Of a stretch of 64,000 nt of DNA, positions 1 through 12,077 are shown piece by piece (the first letter of the stretch is position 1; each line of letters begins with the position of its first letter). The notes below the pieces were generated by a model that was not told the origin of the DNA, searched no databases, and was given only the letters and a program-made list of their open reading frames with translations. Position numbers and translations under genes: made by a program. The stretch comes from Octopus bimaculoides. Its lineage: Eukaryota. The stretch covers positions 49,403,829 through 49,467,828 of the forward strand of contig NC_068992.1 in assembly GCF_001194135.2 (NCBI RefSeq), given 5' to 3'.

Positions 1-52
<52 letters not shown>

Positions 53-374
53 GCACGGAAGAGTGTGTGCGTGAATGTGCGCGTGTGTACGTGCGTGTGC
101 GTGCGTGCGTGTGCTGTGTATGCGTGTGTATAAAAGAAAATTCAGTAGAAGCGATAAGGAGGCAAGATACGATATACTTCGTTTGACACTAGACTTCGAG
201 AGGTCAACAGTCGCCGTCTTTTCTCTTGTATTGCATCATTAATAGTTTGGAGAATTCTCACGCTGCCGCCTACACCTTATCTGTGAAATACTAAAGTCTA
301 AACATAGCTCTAGCACACGTCCTCACCTTACTATTTCTACAACATTTATTCGTTTATAAACTGAGCCAAAAACG

Positions 375-450
375 TAGCCTCCAACTGGTCGCCCGTTCGT
401 CCTGCTAGAAATAGCAAACAAATCTGTCTCAAACGACAACCTGCAGTTTG
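375..450. repeat. Fragment of a dispersed repeat (family E, motif CTGCTAGAAATAGCAGCCAAA-like)
   Basis: The motif cctgctagaaatagcaaacaaatc recurs in reverse orientation near 12590-12630 (gtggctgttattctagca) and near 45675-45700 (gtggctgctatttctaga). It is also the core of the tandem units at 49415-49714. Confidence 0.55.
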
Positions 451-501
451 AAGATTAGGAAGTACACGTAGAATTATTTAATCTTACGTCTGTATAATAT
501 C

Positions 502-721
502 AATAATAATCCTTTCTACTATAGAAAGAAGGCCTGGATTTTGTGGGGAGGGGGACAGTCGATCACATCGACCCCAATTCTCCACTGGTACTTATTTCAC
601 CGACTTCGGAAGGATGAAGGCAAAGTCGACCTCGGCGGAATTTGAACTCAGAACGGAGCAGCGGGCGAAATACCGCTAAGCATTTCGTCCAGCGCGCTAA
701 CGATTCTACCAACTCGCCGCC

Positions 722-723
<2 letters not shown>
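502..723 (-). mobile_element. tRNA-derived SINE, family A (full length)
   Basis: Minus strand reads ggcggcgagttggtagaatcgttagcgcg...ttctgagttcaaattccgccgaggtcgactttgcc. It has Pol III A-box-like and B-box (GAGTTCAAATTCC) motifs and an (ATT)n tail. More than 20 related copies occur in the window. Confidence 0.9.
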
Positions 724-789
<66 letters not shown>

Positions 790-1002
790 CCTTTATACTA
801 TTGGCATAAGGCCTGAGATTTTGGGGGAGGGGACTAGACGATTACATCGACCGCAGTGTCTCACTGGTACTTAATTTATCGACATCGAAAGGATGAAAGG
901 CAAAGTCAAACTCGGCGGAATTTGAACTAAGAAAGTAGTGACGGGCGAAATATCGCTAAATATTTCGTCCATCGTGCTAACGATTCTGCCAGCTCACCGA
1001 CT
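724..1002 (-). mobile_element. SINE family A, directly abutting the previous copy, with a long (AAT)n tail at 724-790
   Basis: Same consensus as 502-723. The tail microsatellite sits between the two copies. Confidence 0.88.
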
Positions 1003-1005
1003 GTG

Positions 1006-1094
1006 AGTGCCATAATTAAATTTGCTGAACGATATTTCGGTATCTCGTGTACCTTCAACGGGTTCAACGTTTCAGCAAATTTAATTATGGCACT
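1006..1094. repeat. Perfect 24-bp inverted repeat (hairpin or MITE-like)
   Basis: agtgccataattaaatttgctgaa (1006-1029) is the exact reverse complement of ttcagcaaatttaattatggcact (1071-1094), with a 41-bp spacer. Confidence 0.9.
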
Positions 1095-1149
1095 TTTCTT
1101 TATTTACATATTCCTTCCCGAGGAGTCATAACAGTCTTAATATTATCTA

Positions 1150-1160
1150 TAATAATAATG

Positions 1161-1228
<68 letters not shown>

Positions 1229-2220
1229 CATGATTTCTTTTATTAAACGCAAGGGCTTAAGACATGGAGGACAATATCAAAGACGAGATACAACACACAA
1301 ACATGTGGGGTTTACATCGATCAAGGGGGAACACTGCAACATTATAGATATAAAAATAGAAAATAAAAATAATTAACAAATAGAATCTCCAATAGCGGGG
1401 TAGCCCGCTTAGGGTAAACCCCACATAAAACGTCCCGGATTACTTTGCTATCCCTAAGGCATGGAAAGTGCCATTTCCCAGTTTCTTTTCTTCTATTTAG
1501 AAAAAAATATACTCGGAGTAGATTCATTCAACCTCACCAGTCTTGCCACTCTCGTTCATCTTTTCATAAACGTACAAGAAGCCAGTATCTCCCTCTCTAC
1601 TCCACCTTCCTCTTCAAATGATATTTGAAGAAATTGATGAGAGCTTGGCCAGATAGGAAAGTGCCTGTCTTCAAACCTGTCAGACAGTTCCATTACAAAG
1701 CTTCTTTTGCCACAGCCACCAAGCAGAGAAAGATCTCTCTCACTTCTCCTATAAAGGGAGTGGGTGCATCAATCTTCGCTCTACACTCGGCGGACTACTG
1801 GATTCGTCTTACACAAGACAGCAACTGCTCAATGCAAGCCCACAAGTCTCTAATCCACGGACACTGAATGATTGAATGCAGTACGGTTTCGTCTCCCTGC
1901 AAGCATCTCGCGCAGATTCGGCTTTTGGCGCTTCCATGACTGCAGAAATTGTTTCGAACAGGCAACACCACCACTACCCGTAGCACTGCGATGCCAAAGA
2001 CTTTTGGAAATTGTCCATGGTCTTCGTCCCGTAAGTTCTCCAGAAGAGACAACTCAGGCTCTTCTTGTCCATTTCGAGAGTCAATCTTAAGTCATCGTCT
2101 CTCATACCGTCAACTACCCCACCCCTATAGAAATCGTGAGGTGTTGCCTCGCTAACGGCTTTGCCCAACTGGTGCTATGCAGTAGTTACCACCGCTTTAG
2201 GAATCGACAAAACACTTCAT
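1150..2220 (-). mobile_element. Tx1/L1-like non-LTR retrotransposon, 5'-truncated 3' fragment with (ATT)n tail
   Basis: Minus-strand frames give ...FYRGGVVDGMRDDDL...MDNFQKSLASQCY / LPVRNNF..HGSAKSRICARCLQGDETVLHSIIQCPWIRDLW. This is a zf-RVT-like CxxC..ETxxH...C motif typical of L1/Tx1 ORF2 C-termini. Frameshifts are present and the (AAT)n tail is at 1150-1228. Confidence 0.75.
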
Positions 2221-2335
2221 TTCACGTTGCTTCAGTCCACTCAGCAATAAATGACTCACCTTGCGACGGACAAGCATTTCGTTCAGAGGGAGTGTCGGGC
2301 TTCCCTCCTGGCAGGCTAGAACAATGCAAGTAAGC
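2205..2335 (+). mobile_element. SINE family B fragment (body plus Nin-like tail)
   Basis: caaaacacttcatttcacgttgcttcagtccactcagc...ccttgcgacggac matches the body of the copy at 17592-17840. Confidence 0.6.
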
Positions 2336-2405
2336 GTACTGTGATCAGCGGTGTACAATAACATCCACTGATTTGGTTTATAGAGAGTCACACACACATA
2401 CGCAC

Positions 2406-2447
<42 letters not shown>

Positions 2448-2866
2448 ATATTTTATTCATTGTGCACTGTATCTAAGTGATAATTATGTTATTGAACTTA
2501 AACGGCAGATTGTAGTTGGTGAATTTGTATCGTATAAAGGCTGATAAAACAGCACATCAGTACTAACATTGCACAAACAATAACACATAAAGTGCGGACA
2601 GGAAACTTGATGAAATTAATGCCAAAAATAAAACAATTTAAAGTTATTTGTTTCGAGGAATTAGGACGAGCTGAGGAAAGTAGATTTTTACCAGATGTCA
2701 TGTTATTATTCTGTGTAGCAAGAAGTAGATAATTCTGAACACTCTGCTATAAATATTCATTTATTCCACGTTGCCATGTCTACTTTTTGTTTTGTTTTGT
2801 TTATAATTAATTAGTAATTGTGTTGTTTGCATTAAACACTTTGTTCAATATTAAAGTAGTGCATTA

Positions 2867-3083
2867 AAGCGGCAACCAAGCTGCATCGTTCGCACGCCGG
2901 GTGAAGTGCTTAGCGGCATTTCGTCTGTCTTTACGTTCTGAGTTCAAATTCCGCAGGGGGCGACTTTGCCTTTCGTTCTTTCGGAGTCGTTAAAAATAAG
3001 TACCAGTTGAGTAATGGGGTCGATGTAATCGACTAACCAACCCCATCCAGTGAAATTACTAGCCTTGTGCCAAAACTTGAATA
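2867..3083 (+). mobile_element. SINE family A
   Basis: aagcggcaacc...cgttctgagttcaaattccgc...aataagtaccagttgag...ggggtcgatgtaatcgact...gccttgtgccaaaacttgaa matches the family consensus. Confidence 0.85.
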
Positions 3084-3231
3084 TTTTGGTACTCTTATGA
3101 TATCGCGCGAATAATTGATATTTTATAATCTTAATCTTTGTGTTAAAATAATCACTGCTACTTTAATTATTCCATACATCCACATCTCTGATGACCAACT
3201 CTTCAGCCTCTCCATGTGCTCTGTTTAGTTT

Positions 3232-3358
3232 TTATCCTTTCATCTTTTCGGAGTCGATAAAAAAAGTCATAAGTACCAGTTGAACATTAAGGTCTAGGTA
3301 ATCGACTTAACCCCTCCCCCAAAATGCTGACATTGTGTCAAAATTTGAAACCAATATT
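3232..3358 (+). mobile_element. SINE family A, 3' half
   Basis: cctttcatcttttcggagtcgataaaa...aagtaccagttgaac...taatcgactt...aaaatttgaaacc. Confidence 0.7.
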
Positions 3359-4403
3359 AATGTAGCGCATATTATCGCTGATCTTCTACATATATATATA
3401 TATATATGTGCATGTATGCTTATATGCATGTAATGTATGTATGCATGTATGCTTTTATGCATGCATGAAAGCATGCATAATGTAGTTGTATGTCATTAAT
3501 GACCTTCAATAATGACTTCAGTGATTTGAAGTCAGAAAGCAGAGAGTTGAAACAATTACGGTAATGTATTAAGTCTCTAGCATAAGCTCTAACGTAATGA
3601 TAAATATAATTTCTAAATAAAATACGTAAATATAAGTAAAAATAAATATACACATAAGCACTAAATATATTTAACTGACTCATAAGATTTAGTTGCAATG
3701 AATTTAACCCACTGTATACATACGCTCATATATATATGTATATATATATATATATATATATGTTCGCGTGTGTGTGTGTGTGTGTAAGTATGTATATTAC
3801 CATTCTCATCATAAAGAGACAAAGATGGTTCTTGTACCAAAAATAGAATGTTTAAATATGAATTGAAAACATGCTTCTCTTTATTTCTTCTTCCATGAAT
3901 TTTCCAATTGTGTATTATTAGAAGAATTTATGTAAAAATTTTTCTTCCATTCATGTTTGAATGCTTCAAGTGAATGGCATATGTTTTCTAAATCAAAAAC
4001 AAATTTTTCCAACGAAACGCCCTGTTCTGTTCTAGATTTCACAATGTCGGCTGTTGTTTATATTTACTTGCAAACACGCAAATGAACAAATACACACAAA
4101 TGCACACACAAATTAACACATACACACACAGATAAAAATGCACGCAAGCACACACGCATGCTCGCGTACACACAGACATTTACATGCTGGTTAAGTTCAC
4201 ATACATGGATTACATGAGTATATATATATTCATCTTCGTTGAATAAATAATTCGTTGTGGTTAAAGTACAGGGATTCCCCATACAGGAACGAAACCGTGA
4301 ACGAATCGACTAGTGTCGTCTGGTTATTTCTACCCTGTTAAAGTGTTTATTCATGTTTGTCATACAGAAACAGCTAGATAGAAAGATAAATAGATAGTTA
4401 GCT

Positions 4404-5606
4404 GCGATGTGCATTCCAGAAATTTTGAGACTTTTCTAGGAAATGCAGTTATAATTGTCCTAGGTTAATATAATTGTAGTATATCATTACTGAACATTTA
4501 ATGAGGTGACCTGCCGACTTTAACAGCAATTTGAACTCACCCTACTAAACACTGCTTCTCACTGCTTGGAGGATGTAGTCGAGACGTTTGGAAGCTCGTT
4601 ATGCAATAAAGTTTTGGGCTAAATTGGGCAAAAATGCTACAGAAACTTATGGAATGCATCAAATTGTTTATGGACTAAATTTTTTGCTGGCACAAGAGAT
4701 TCAAGGACAATAGGACGATGAGAGATTATGAGAGGTGTGGAAAGGAGAGGAATGTCAGAACATTATAGTTGGTTGAGGAAATACTCAATTTTCAGATGAA
4801 GACTGTCATATGTATAGGAGCACTCCGTCGGTTACGACGACGAGGGTCCCAGTTGATACGATCAAGGGAACAGCCTGCTCGTGAAATTAACGTGCAAGTG
4901 ACTGAGCAATCCACAGACACGTGTACCCCTAACGTAGTTCTCAGGGAGATTCAGTCAGCGTGTCACAGAGTGTGAAAAGGCTGACCCTTTGAAATACAGG
5001 TACTACTCATTTTTGCCAGCTGGGTGGACTGGAGCAACGTGAAATAAAGTGCCTTGCTCAAGGACACAACGCGTCGCCGGGAATCGAACTCACGACCTTA
5101 CGATCATGAGCCGAATGCCCTAACCACTAAGCCACGCACCTTCACTGTCATATGTATATAAAGACAACAGCCATACAGTTTGGAGTTGGTGTGGCAACCG
5201 TATACAGAATTACTCATGAAGATCTGAACATGAACAAAATTTGTGAAAAATTGTTCCCAGGGTACGGAATTTCGAGCATCCTGGTAACCAACAATTTGAC
5301 TGAGGTGGGTATCAAAACTATACCCCACCTTCCCTACAGTCCAAACCTTGCTCCATGTGACTTTAGCTTGTTCTCCAAGGTGATGGAAAACCTCGAGGGC
5401 AGCCGTTTTGAAAACGAAGGAGTCTTTGACAAGAGTCATGGACACCTTTACATTGGGGAATTGCAATGGGGCCTTCACGAAATGGGTAGAATACTGCAAC
5501 AAATACATAGAACTCAAAGGATCCTACTTTAACGGGTATTACCGTTTTGTAAATAAATAAAAGTCTCTCCTTAAAAAGTATGAAAGCTTCTGGAATGAAC
5601 CCAGTA
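4404..5606 (+). mobile_element. Decayed mariner element (internally deleted, interrupted by a SINE)
   Basis: N-terminal HTH (RYAIKFWAKLGKNATETYG...WHKRFKD), then IKTTAIQFGVGVATVYRITHEDLNMNKICEKL, then the C-terminal motif PHLPYSPNLAPCDFSLF (mariner HPPYSPDLAPxDF). Degenerate TIRs: tgcattccagaaattttgagactttt (about 4410-4435) and aaaagtatgaaagcttctggaatgaacccagta (about 5575-5606). Confidence 0.85.
4817..5143 (-). mobile_element. tRNA-derived SINE family B (family-C-type tail), with a 15-bp TSD
   Basis: Head gtgcgtggcttagtggttagggcattcggctc...gagttcgattccc contains A and B boxes. The identical 15-mer actgtcatatgtata flanks it at 4802-4816 and 5144-5158. Confidence 0.92.
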
Positions 5607-5736
5607 GATAGACAGATCAACAGATAGACAGACACACAAAGAAGAGAAACAGAAAGACAGAAAGACAGACAGATAGATAGTCAGACATATAAACCCGTAT
5701 TAGACTCACAGACAAGCTGAAGGGATAGAAAAATGG

Positions 5737-5772
<36 letters not shown>

Positions 5773-5774
<2 letters not shown>

Positions 5775-5907
5775 CAATTGCAGCGTGGAAGGTGTTTATA
5801 AGCCATTTAAAATAACACACAAAATCCGTTAGATTCACTTCAACATTTAAATTTAATTTGAGACCGCGACCTGTTCACTGACAAAATTCTGTGCTGAAGT
5901 GAATCTA
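5773..5907. repeat. Unclassified repeat end containing a 13-bp inverted repeat, truncated by an N gap
   Basis: tagattcacttca (5830-5842) is the reverse complement of tgaagtgaatcta (5895-5907). Confidence 0.45.
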
Positions 5908-6809
5908 NNNNNNNNNNNNNNNNNNNNNNNNNNNNNNNNNNNNNNNNNNNNNNNNNNNNNNNNNNNNNNNNNNNNNNNNNNNNNNNNNNNNNNNNNNNNN
6001 NNNNNNNNNNNNNNNNNNNNNNNNNNNNNNNNNNNNNNNNNNNNNNNNNNNNNNNNNNNNNNNNNNNNNNNNNNNNNNNNNNNNNNNNNNNNNNNNNNNN
6101 NNNNNNNNNNNNNNNNNNNNNNNNNNNNNNNNNNNNNNNNNNNNNNNNNNNNNNNNNNNNNNNNNNNNNNNNNNNNNNNNNNNNNNNNNNNNNNNNNNNN
6201 NNNNNNNNNNNNNNNNNNNNNNNNNNNNNNNNNNNNNNNNNNNNNNNNNNNNNNNNNNNNNNNNNNNNNNNNNNNNNNNNNNNGAGAGAGAAAGAGGGAG
6301 AGAGAGAGAGAGAGAGAAAAAAAAGAGAGAGAATAAACAGTTTATAGCTAGTCATGACAAACATCCTCGCAACGGGCGTTGGTTTCACATATTTATAATA
6401 GTATATATATATATACATACATACACACAGACATACATACGCACACACACACACATATGCATATTTATACATATATATAACTATGTATGTACATGCATAG
6501 CGTATTTCTATATCTATATCTACCTATCAATATATAATATAATGTGTATATATATAAGTACAATTCATTTACAATGTATATAAAATAACTAAAATTCTAA
6601 GATCACAATGTGTGAGTAAATTCGCATATGTCTGTTTGATGAACAACCATACCTCGTTGTGTAAATAGATTTTGTGGTTACGCCGTAGGGATCTCTCTGC
6701 AGGATGGATCTGAGAACAACTCGACTAGTTTCCATTATGTAAATAAAGCCTATGTTTTGTTTATACATTGAGGCTGAATCTATATTTGTTTAACGAGCAT
6801 ATGTGAACT

Positions 6810-7830
<1,021 letters not shown>

Positions 7831-7930
7831 GAACAGAATGTAGATATTTTTCAGAGATAAAATATTTACGGAATCAACCGGTTTCGCTTTTGCTAATCAG
7901 GGCTAAGAAATTAATGAAAATATTACAATT

Positions 7931-8621
7931 TTATGGTATCATAAGAAATTTTCAGTCCGTTTTATTAGCGGGAAAGTTGTTTCATTTATGACGTTTACCC
8001 AACGTTTTTCTATGTCATATATTCCATCTTAAAAAAAAAAAATTATTTTTTACTGTGATAAACTGTCCGAATGCTTCAAATACCTCTTCTCTATTTAAGA
8101 ATGTTTTATTGCTTATGAAAAGCTCAAAATGCTTAAATAAGTGATGATCAGTAGGAGAGATATCAGGGGGAATAGGGAGGATGTTGCAAAATCTCATCAT
8201 GCAGGCCTGCCAACTTTTGGACCGTAGCTTGAGGAGTGTGAGAACGTGCACTGAGGAGTGTGGGGACGAGCAAAATTGGGTCATTTCTATTCACTAGTCT
8301 GGGTTGCTTCTTTTTCAAATTCTCATGCATACAATCAATTTCCTGGCAATACGATGTTGCTGTTACTGTTTTCCCTTGTTGCAAAAATGAGTAATGAATA
8401 ACTCCCTTCGCAGATCATCATACAGTGAGCACTAACTTTTTAGGGTGCAATGGTGGGTTTGGGTAGTGTTTAGGTGACTCTCCTGCATCTAATTATTGTC
8501 ATGTTGTTCTGCTGTCGTCAAAGAGTATCCATTTCTCATCACAAGTAATGATTTGATGCAAAAATGGGCTTTTTTCAGTTGAGAAAGCAATAAGGAGCAC
8601 ACTTCGAGGCGTCTAGTTTTT
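7931..8621 (-). mobile_element. Decayed mariner transposase, 3' two-thirds, cut by an N gap
   Basis: Minus frames give RRLEVCSLLL..., QQGKTVTATSYCQEIDCMHENLKKKQPRLVNR..PILL, LQHPPYSP / DISPTDHHLFKHFELFISNKTF. Multiple frameshifts. A TIR-like end lies near 7931-7965. Confidence 0.85.
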
Positions 8622-9543
8622 NNNNNNNNNNNNNNNNNNNNNNNNNNNNNNNNNNNNNNNNNNNNNNNNNNNNNNNNNNNNNNNNNNNNNNNNNNNNNNN
8701 NNNNNNNNNNNNNNNNNNNNNNNNNNNNNNNNNNNNNNNNNNNNNNNNNNNNNNNNNNNNNNNNNNNNNNNNNNNNNNNNNNNNNNNNNNNNNNNNNNNN
8801 NNNNNNNNNNNNNNNNNNNNNNNNNNNNNNNNNNNNNNNNNNNNNNNNNNNNNNNNNNNNNNNNNNNNNNNNNNNNNNNNNNNNNNNNNNNNNNNNNNNN
8901 NNNNNNNNNNNNNNNNNNNNNNNNNNNNNNNNNNNNNNNNNNNNNNNNNNNNNNNNNNNNNNNNNNNNNNNNNNNNNNNNNNNNNNNNNNNNNNNNNNNN
9001 NNNNNNNNNNNNNNNNNNNNNNNNNNNNNNNNNNNNNNNNNNNNNNNNNNNNNNNNNNNNNNNNNNNNNNNNNNNNNNNNNNNNNNNNNNNNNNNNNNNN
9101 NNNNNNNNNNNNNNNNNNNNNNNNNNNNNNNNNNNNNNNNNNNNNNNNNNNNNNNNNNNNNNNNNNNNNNNNNNNNNNNNNNNNNNNNNNNNNNNNNNNN
9201 NNNNNNNNNNNNNNNNNNNNNNNNNNNNNNNNNNNNNNNNNNNNNNNNNNNNNNNNNNNNNNNNNNNNNNNNNNNNNNNNNNNNNNNNNNNNNNNNNNNN
9301 NNNNNNNNNNNNNNNNNNNNNNNNNNNNNNNNNNNNNNNNNNNNNNNNNNNNNNNNNNNNNNNNNNNNNNNNNNNNNNNNNNNNNNNNNNNNNNNNNNNN
9401 NNNNNNNNNNNNNNNNNNNNNNNNNNNNNNNNNNNNNNNNNNNNNNNNNNNNNNNNNNNNNNNNNNNNNNNNCACACACACACATTCTCTCTCTCTCTCT
9501 CTCACACACACAAACATACATACATACATACATACATACATAT

Positions 9544-9720
9544 GGGAGAATATACAAATAATAACAACAGACGAGGACAGGTGGTGTAAATAACAAAAGT
9601 ATATATTAGTATGACGCTCGGGAATACGGAAAGTCTTTGACGTTTCGAGCTGCGCTCTTCAACAGAAAGAATACGGAGACAAGGAGAAAAACACGGAGAA
9701 AAAAAATTGAATAGTGTTCA
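9544..9720 (-). mobile_element. Short Penelope-like repeat end, copy 1
   Basis: Homologous to 44720-44885: gggagaat...agacga(g/a)gacaggtggtgta...acgctcgggaa...aaagtcttt(g/a)acgtttcgagc...cgctcttc..cagaaag. It carries a hammerhead-like fold. Confidence 0.6.
9634..9670 (-). ncRNA. Minimal type I hammerhead-ribozyme-like motif with A6>U core variant
   Basis: Minus strand: UCUUU-CUGUUGA-A-GAGC gca GCUC-GAAA-C-GUC-AAAGA. Stem I is UCUUU/AAAGA, stem II is GAGC/GCUC, and stem III is the palindrome ACGU with a GUC cleavage triplet. Confidence 0.6.
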
Positions 9721-10240
9721 GTCAACGGTCAATCATAATAATGGCCGATCATAACAATGGCTGACCGGAAGTTAGAAATTCTTATTTGAAGTCATACATA
9801 CATACATACATACACCGCCCTTCTTGTGCATGAATGAAGTTTTTCGTGCCAGTGGAACGCGTCAGCTCTGGGTTATTACGCCTAGAGTATAGACGTGTAG
9901 TGCGCACTCGTAAGACAGAAAATAATGGAAGAGTTCGGAGAAATAAACTGTTAACGGTAGGTCAAACCGAAGTATTAGGATCATTAAACAATGTAAGGTA
10001 ACAATATCTTTTCTCTTTGTTTTCGTTTAGTGACATCTTGCATATTTTAAGTAGCTCTTCACCTGCATTGTTTACTGGCTTTTTCTTCCAACATTAATAG
10101 CATTTACATTTATTACAGTATTTCGTCAACTCAGGTGTGGTGGAGAATAAATTTGAATTTGGACAAAGCAGATTGAACCTAATATTTTCTCCGACACTTC
10201 ACAGTTGCTTCTAAACTACAGATTCTTCAATATTTTACGG

Positions 10241-10400
10241 TTTCTCCGATACTCTACTATTTCTCGGGTACTATACACTACTTTTTCCGGTACTCTACAC
10301 TTTCTCTGCGGACCTACACTTTATCCTGTACTCTATTCTTTTTCCGGTACTCTACGTTTTACGTGGTACGTTTAAAGTTTCTTCATACTCTACATTTTCC
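10241..10400. repeat. Degenerate minisatellite, about 8 units of 19-21 bp (consensus about TTTTCCGGTACTCTACAC)
   Basis: Recurrent ggtactctac / gatactctac / tgtactcta / catactctac, each preceded by a T-rich tract. Confidence 0.75.
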
Positions 10401-10524
10401 CTCCCATTTTATCGATAAGGACAAAAGAAAACTGGACGTCGACAAAATTTCCTTCTAAACTGAGAACGTAAAGCACCGTCACTAAATATTGCCAGCATAC
10501 GCCTTACATCCGCAAAATAACAGT

Positions 10525-10952
10525 TAGTCTTTTAGTCTTTTAGTCTTTTACCTGTTTCAGTCATTTGACTGTGGCCATGCTGGAGCACCGCCTTTAGTCG
10601 AGCAAATCGACCCCACGACTTATTCTTTGTAAGCCTAATACTTATTCTATCGGTCTGTTTTGCCGAACCGCTAAGTTACGGGGACGTAAACACACCAGCA
10701 TCAGTTGTCAAGCAATGTTGGGGGGACAAACACAGATACACAAACATATACACACACACACATACATATACACATATACATATATACGACGGGCTTCTTT
10801 CAGTTTCTGTCTACCAAATCCACTCACAAGGCTTTGGTCGGCCCGAGGCTATAATAGAAGACACTTGCCCAAGGTGCCATGCAGTGGGACTGAACCCAGA
10901 ACCATATGGTTCGTAAGCAAGCTACTTACCACACAGCCACTCCTACGCCTAT
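10525..10952 (-). mobile_element. tRNA-derived SINE family D, full length, with an internal (TA/CA) microsatellite
   Basis: Minus head ataggcgtaggagtggctgtgtggtaagtagc...gggttcagtcccactgcatggcaccttgggcaagtgtcttct. 3' end aaggcggtgctccagcatggccacagtcaaatgactgaaacagg followed by a (TAAAAGAC)n tail. Confidence 0.9.
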
Positions 10953-11029
10953 CAAAAGAAATATAGGATCCTTCCTACTGTTTCCATTAGTTTACCATTC
11001 TTACTTGATAAGAAGAAAAGTATCTTCTG

Positions 11030-11340
11030 AGATTTATTTTAAGGACTTTGGGCAGATGAAAGGCAAAGTTGACGTTGGTAAGATCTGAACTCAGATAATA
11101 AATAAACACAACAAAGTACTTTTTGCAACGTTCTAGCCTCACCACCCTCAGTAATTGTTTCTAATTTAGGTACAGGCCCAAAACCCATAAATTTTCAGGG
11201 GAGGGTGTCAGTCCACACCATTGATAATGATAACTTTGAACGGAAGAGTTGGTCTCGGTGTGATTTGAATACAGAACGTAAAGGGCAAGAAGAAATACCA
11301 CAAGGTATTTTCCAGACGCTCCAACGATTCTCTCAGTTGC
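11030..11340 (-). mobile_element. Two degenerate SINE family A fragments
   Basis: gatgaaaggcaaagttgacgttgg...tgaactcaga (about 11060-11100) and ctcggtgtgatttgaatacagaacgtaaag...aacgattctc (about 11255-11335). Confidence 0.6.
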
Positions 11341-11576
11341 GTAATAATATTTAGAAAAAGAGAAAAAAAAAAGAAAAAAACTCTCGACAGTTATGGCAAA
11401 GATGGTGACTATCAAAAATTGTTGAATTGAGACGAAAGAGCCAAGTTAACATATGAGGAAGAAGTGTAAGGATTAAAAAAAAAAAAACATGACAAAGCTC
11501 AAAATTTTTTGTCGAGCTTTCGTGAATTAAAAGCAGGTGCCTTGAGAAATAGATAGATAGATAGATAGATGGATAA

Positions 11577-11625
<49 letters not shown>

Positions 11626-12013
11626 CAGACAGAAAGAGAGAGATAGAGAGAGAGATAGAGAGAAAGAGGGGGAGAGAGTGAGTGAAATATTACGAGGGAA
11701 CAATGTGTTTTATTTTCGGTTCTTAGAATAAATATATATATATAAAGAACAAAAAAAATAAAGAAAAATAAGACTGCAGCAACGAAAGAATGAATTATAC
11801 AATCAGAGAAGGGAAAAGGGATAAGATAAGTAGAGTAAAAATGTAACATATATATATAACATATANNNNNNNNNNNNNNNNNNNNNNNNNNNNNNNNNNN
11901 NNNNNNNNNNNNNNNNNNNNNNNNNNNNNNNNNNNNNNNNNNNNNNNNNNNNNNNNNNNNNNNNNNNNNNNNNNNNNNNNNNNNNNNNNNNNNNNNNNNN
12001 NNNNNNNNNNNNN

Positions 12014-12077
<64 letters not shown>

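Noticed and set aside
2498-2701. 67-aa ORF with a hydrophobic stretch
   Set aside because: T-rich DNA readily gives hydrophobic ORFs. There is no donor and no recognisable homology.
6690-6745. GAAACTAGTC on the minus strand (hammerhead-like stem III palindrome), with a similar stretch near 4275-4312
   Set aside because: No CUGANGA core or stem II is present upstream. It is at most an old shared repeat.
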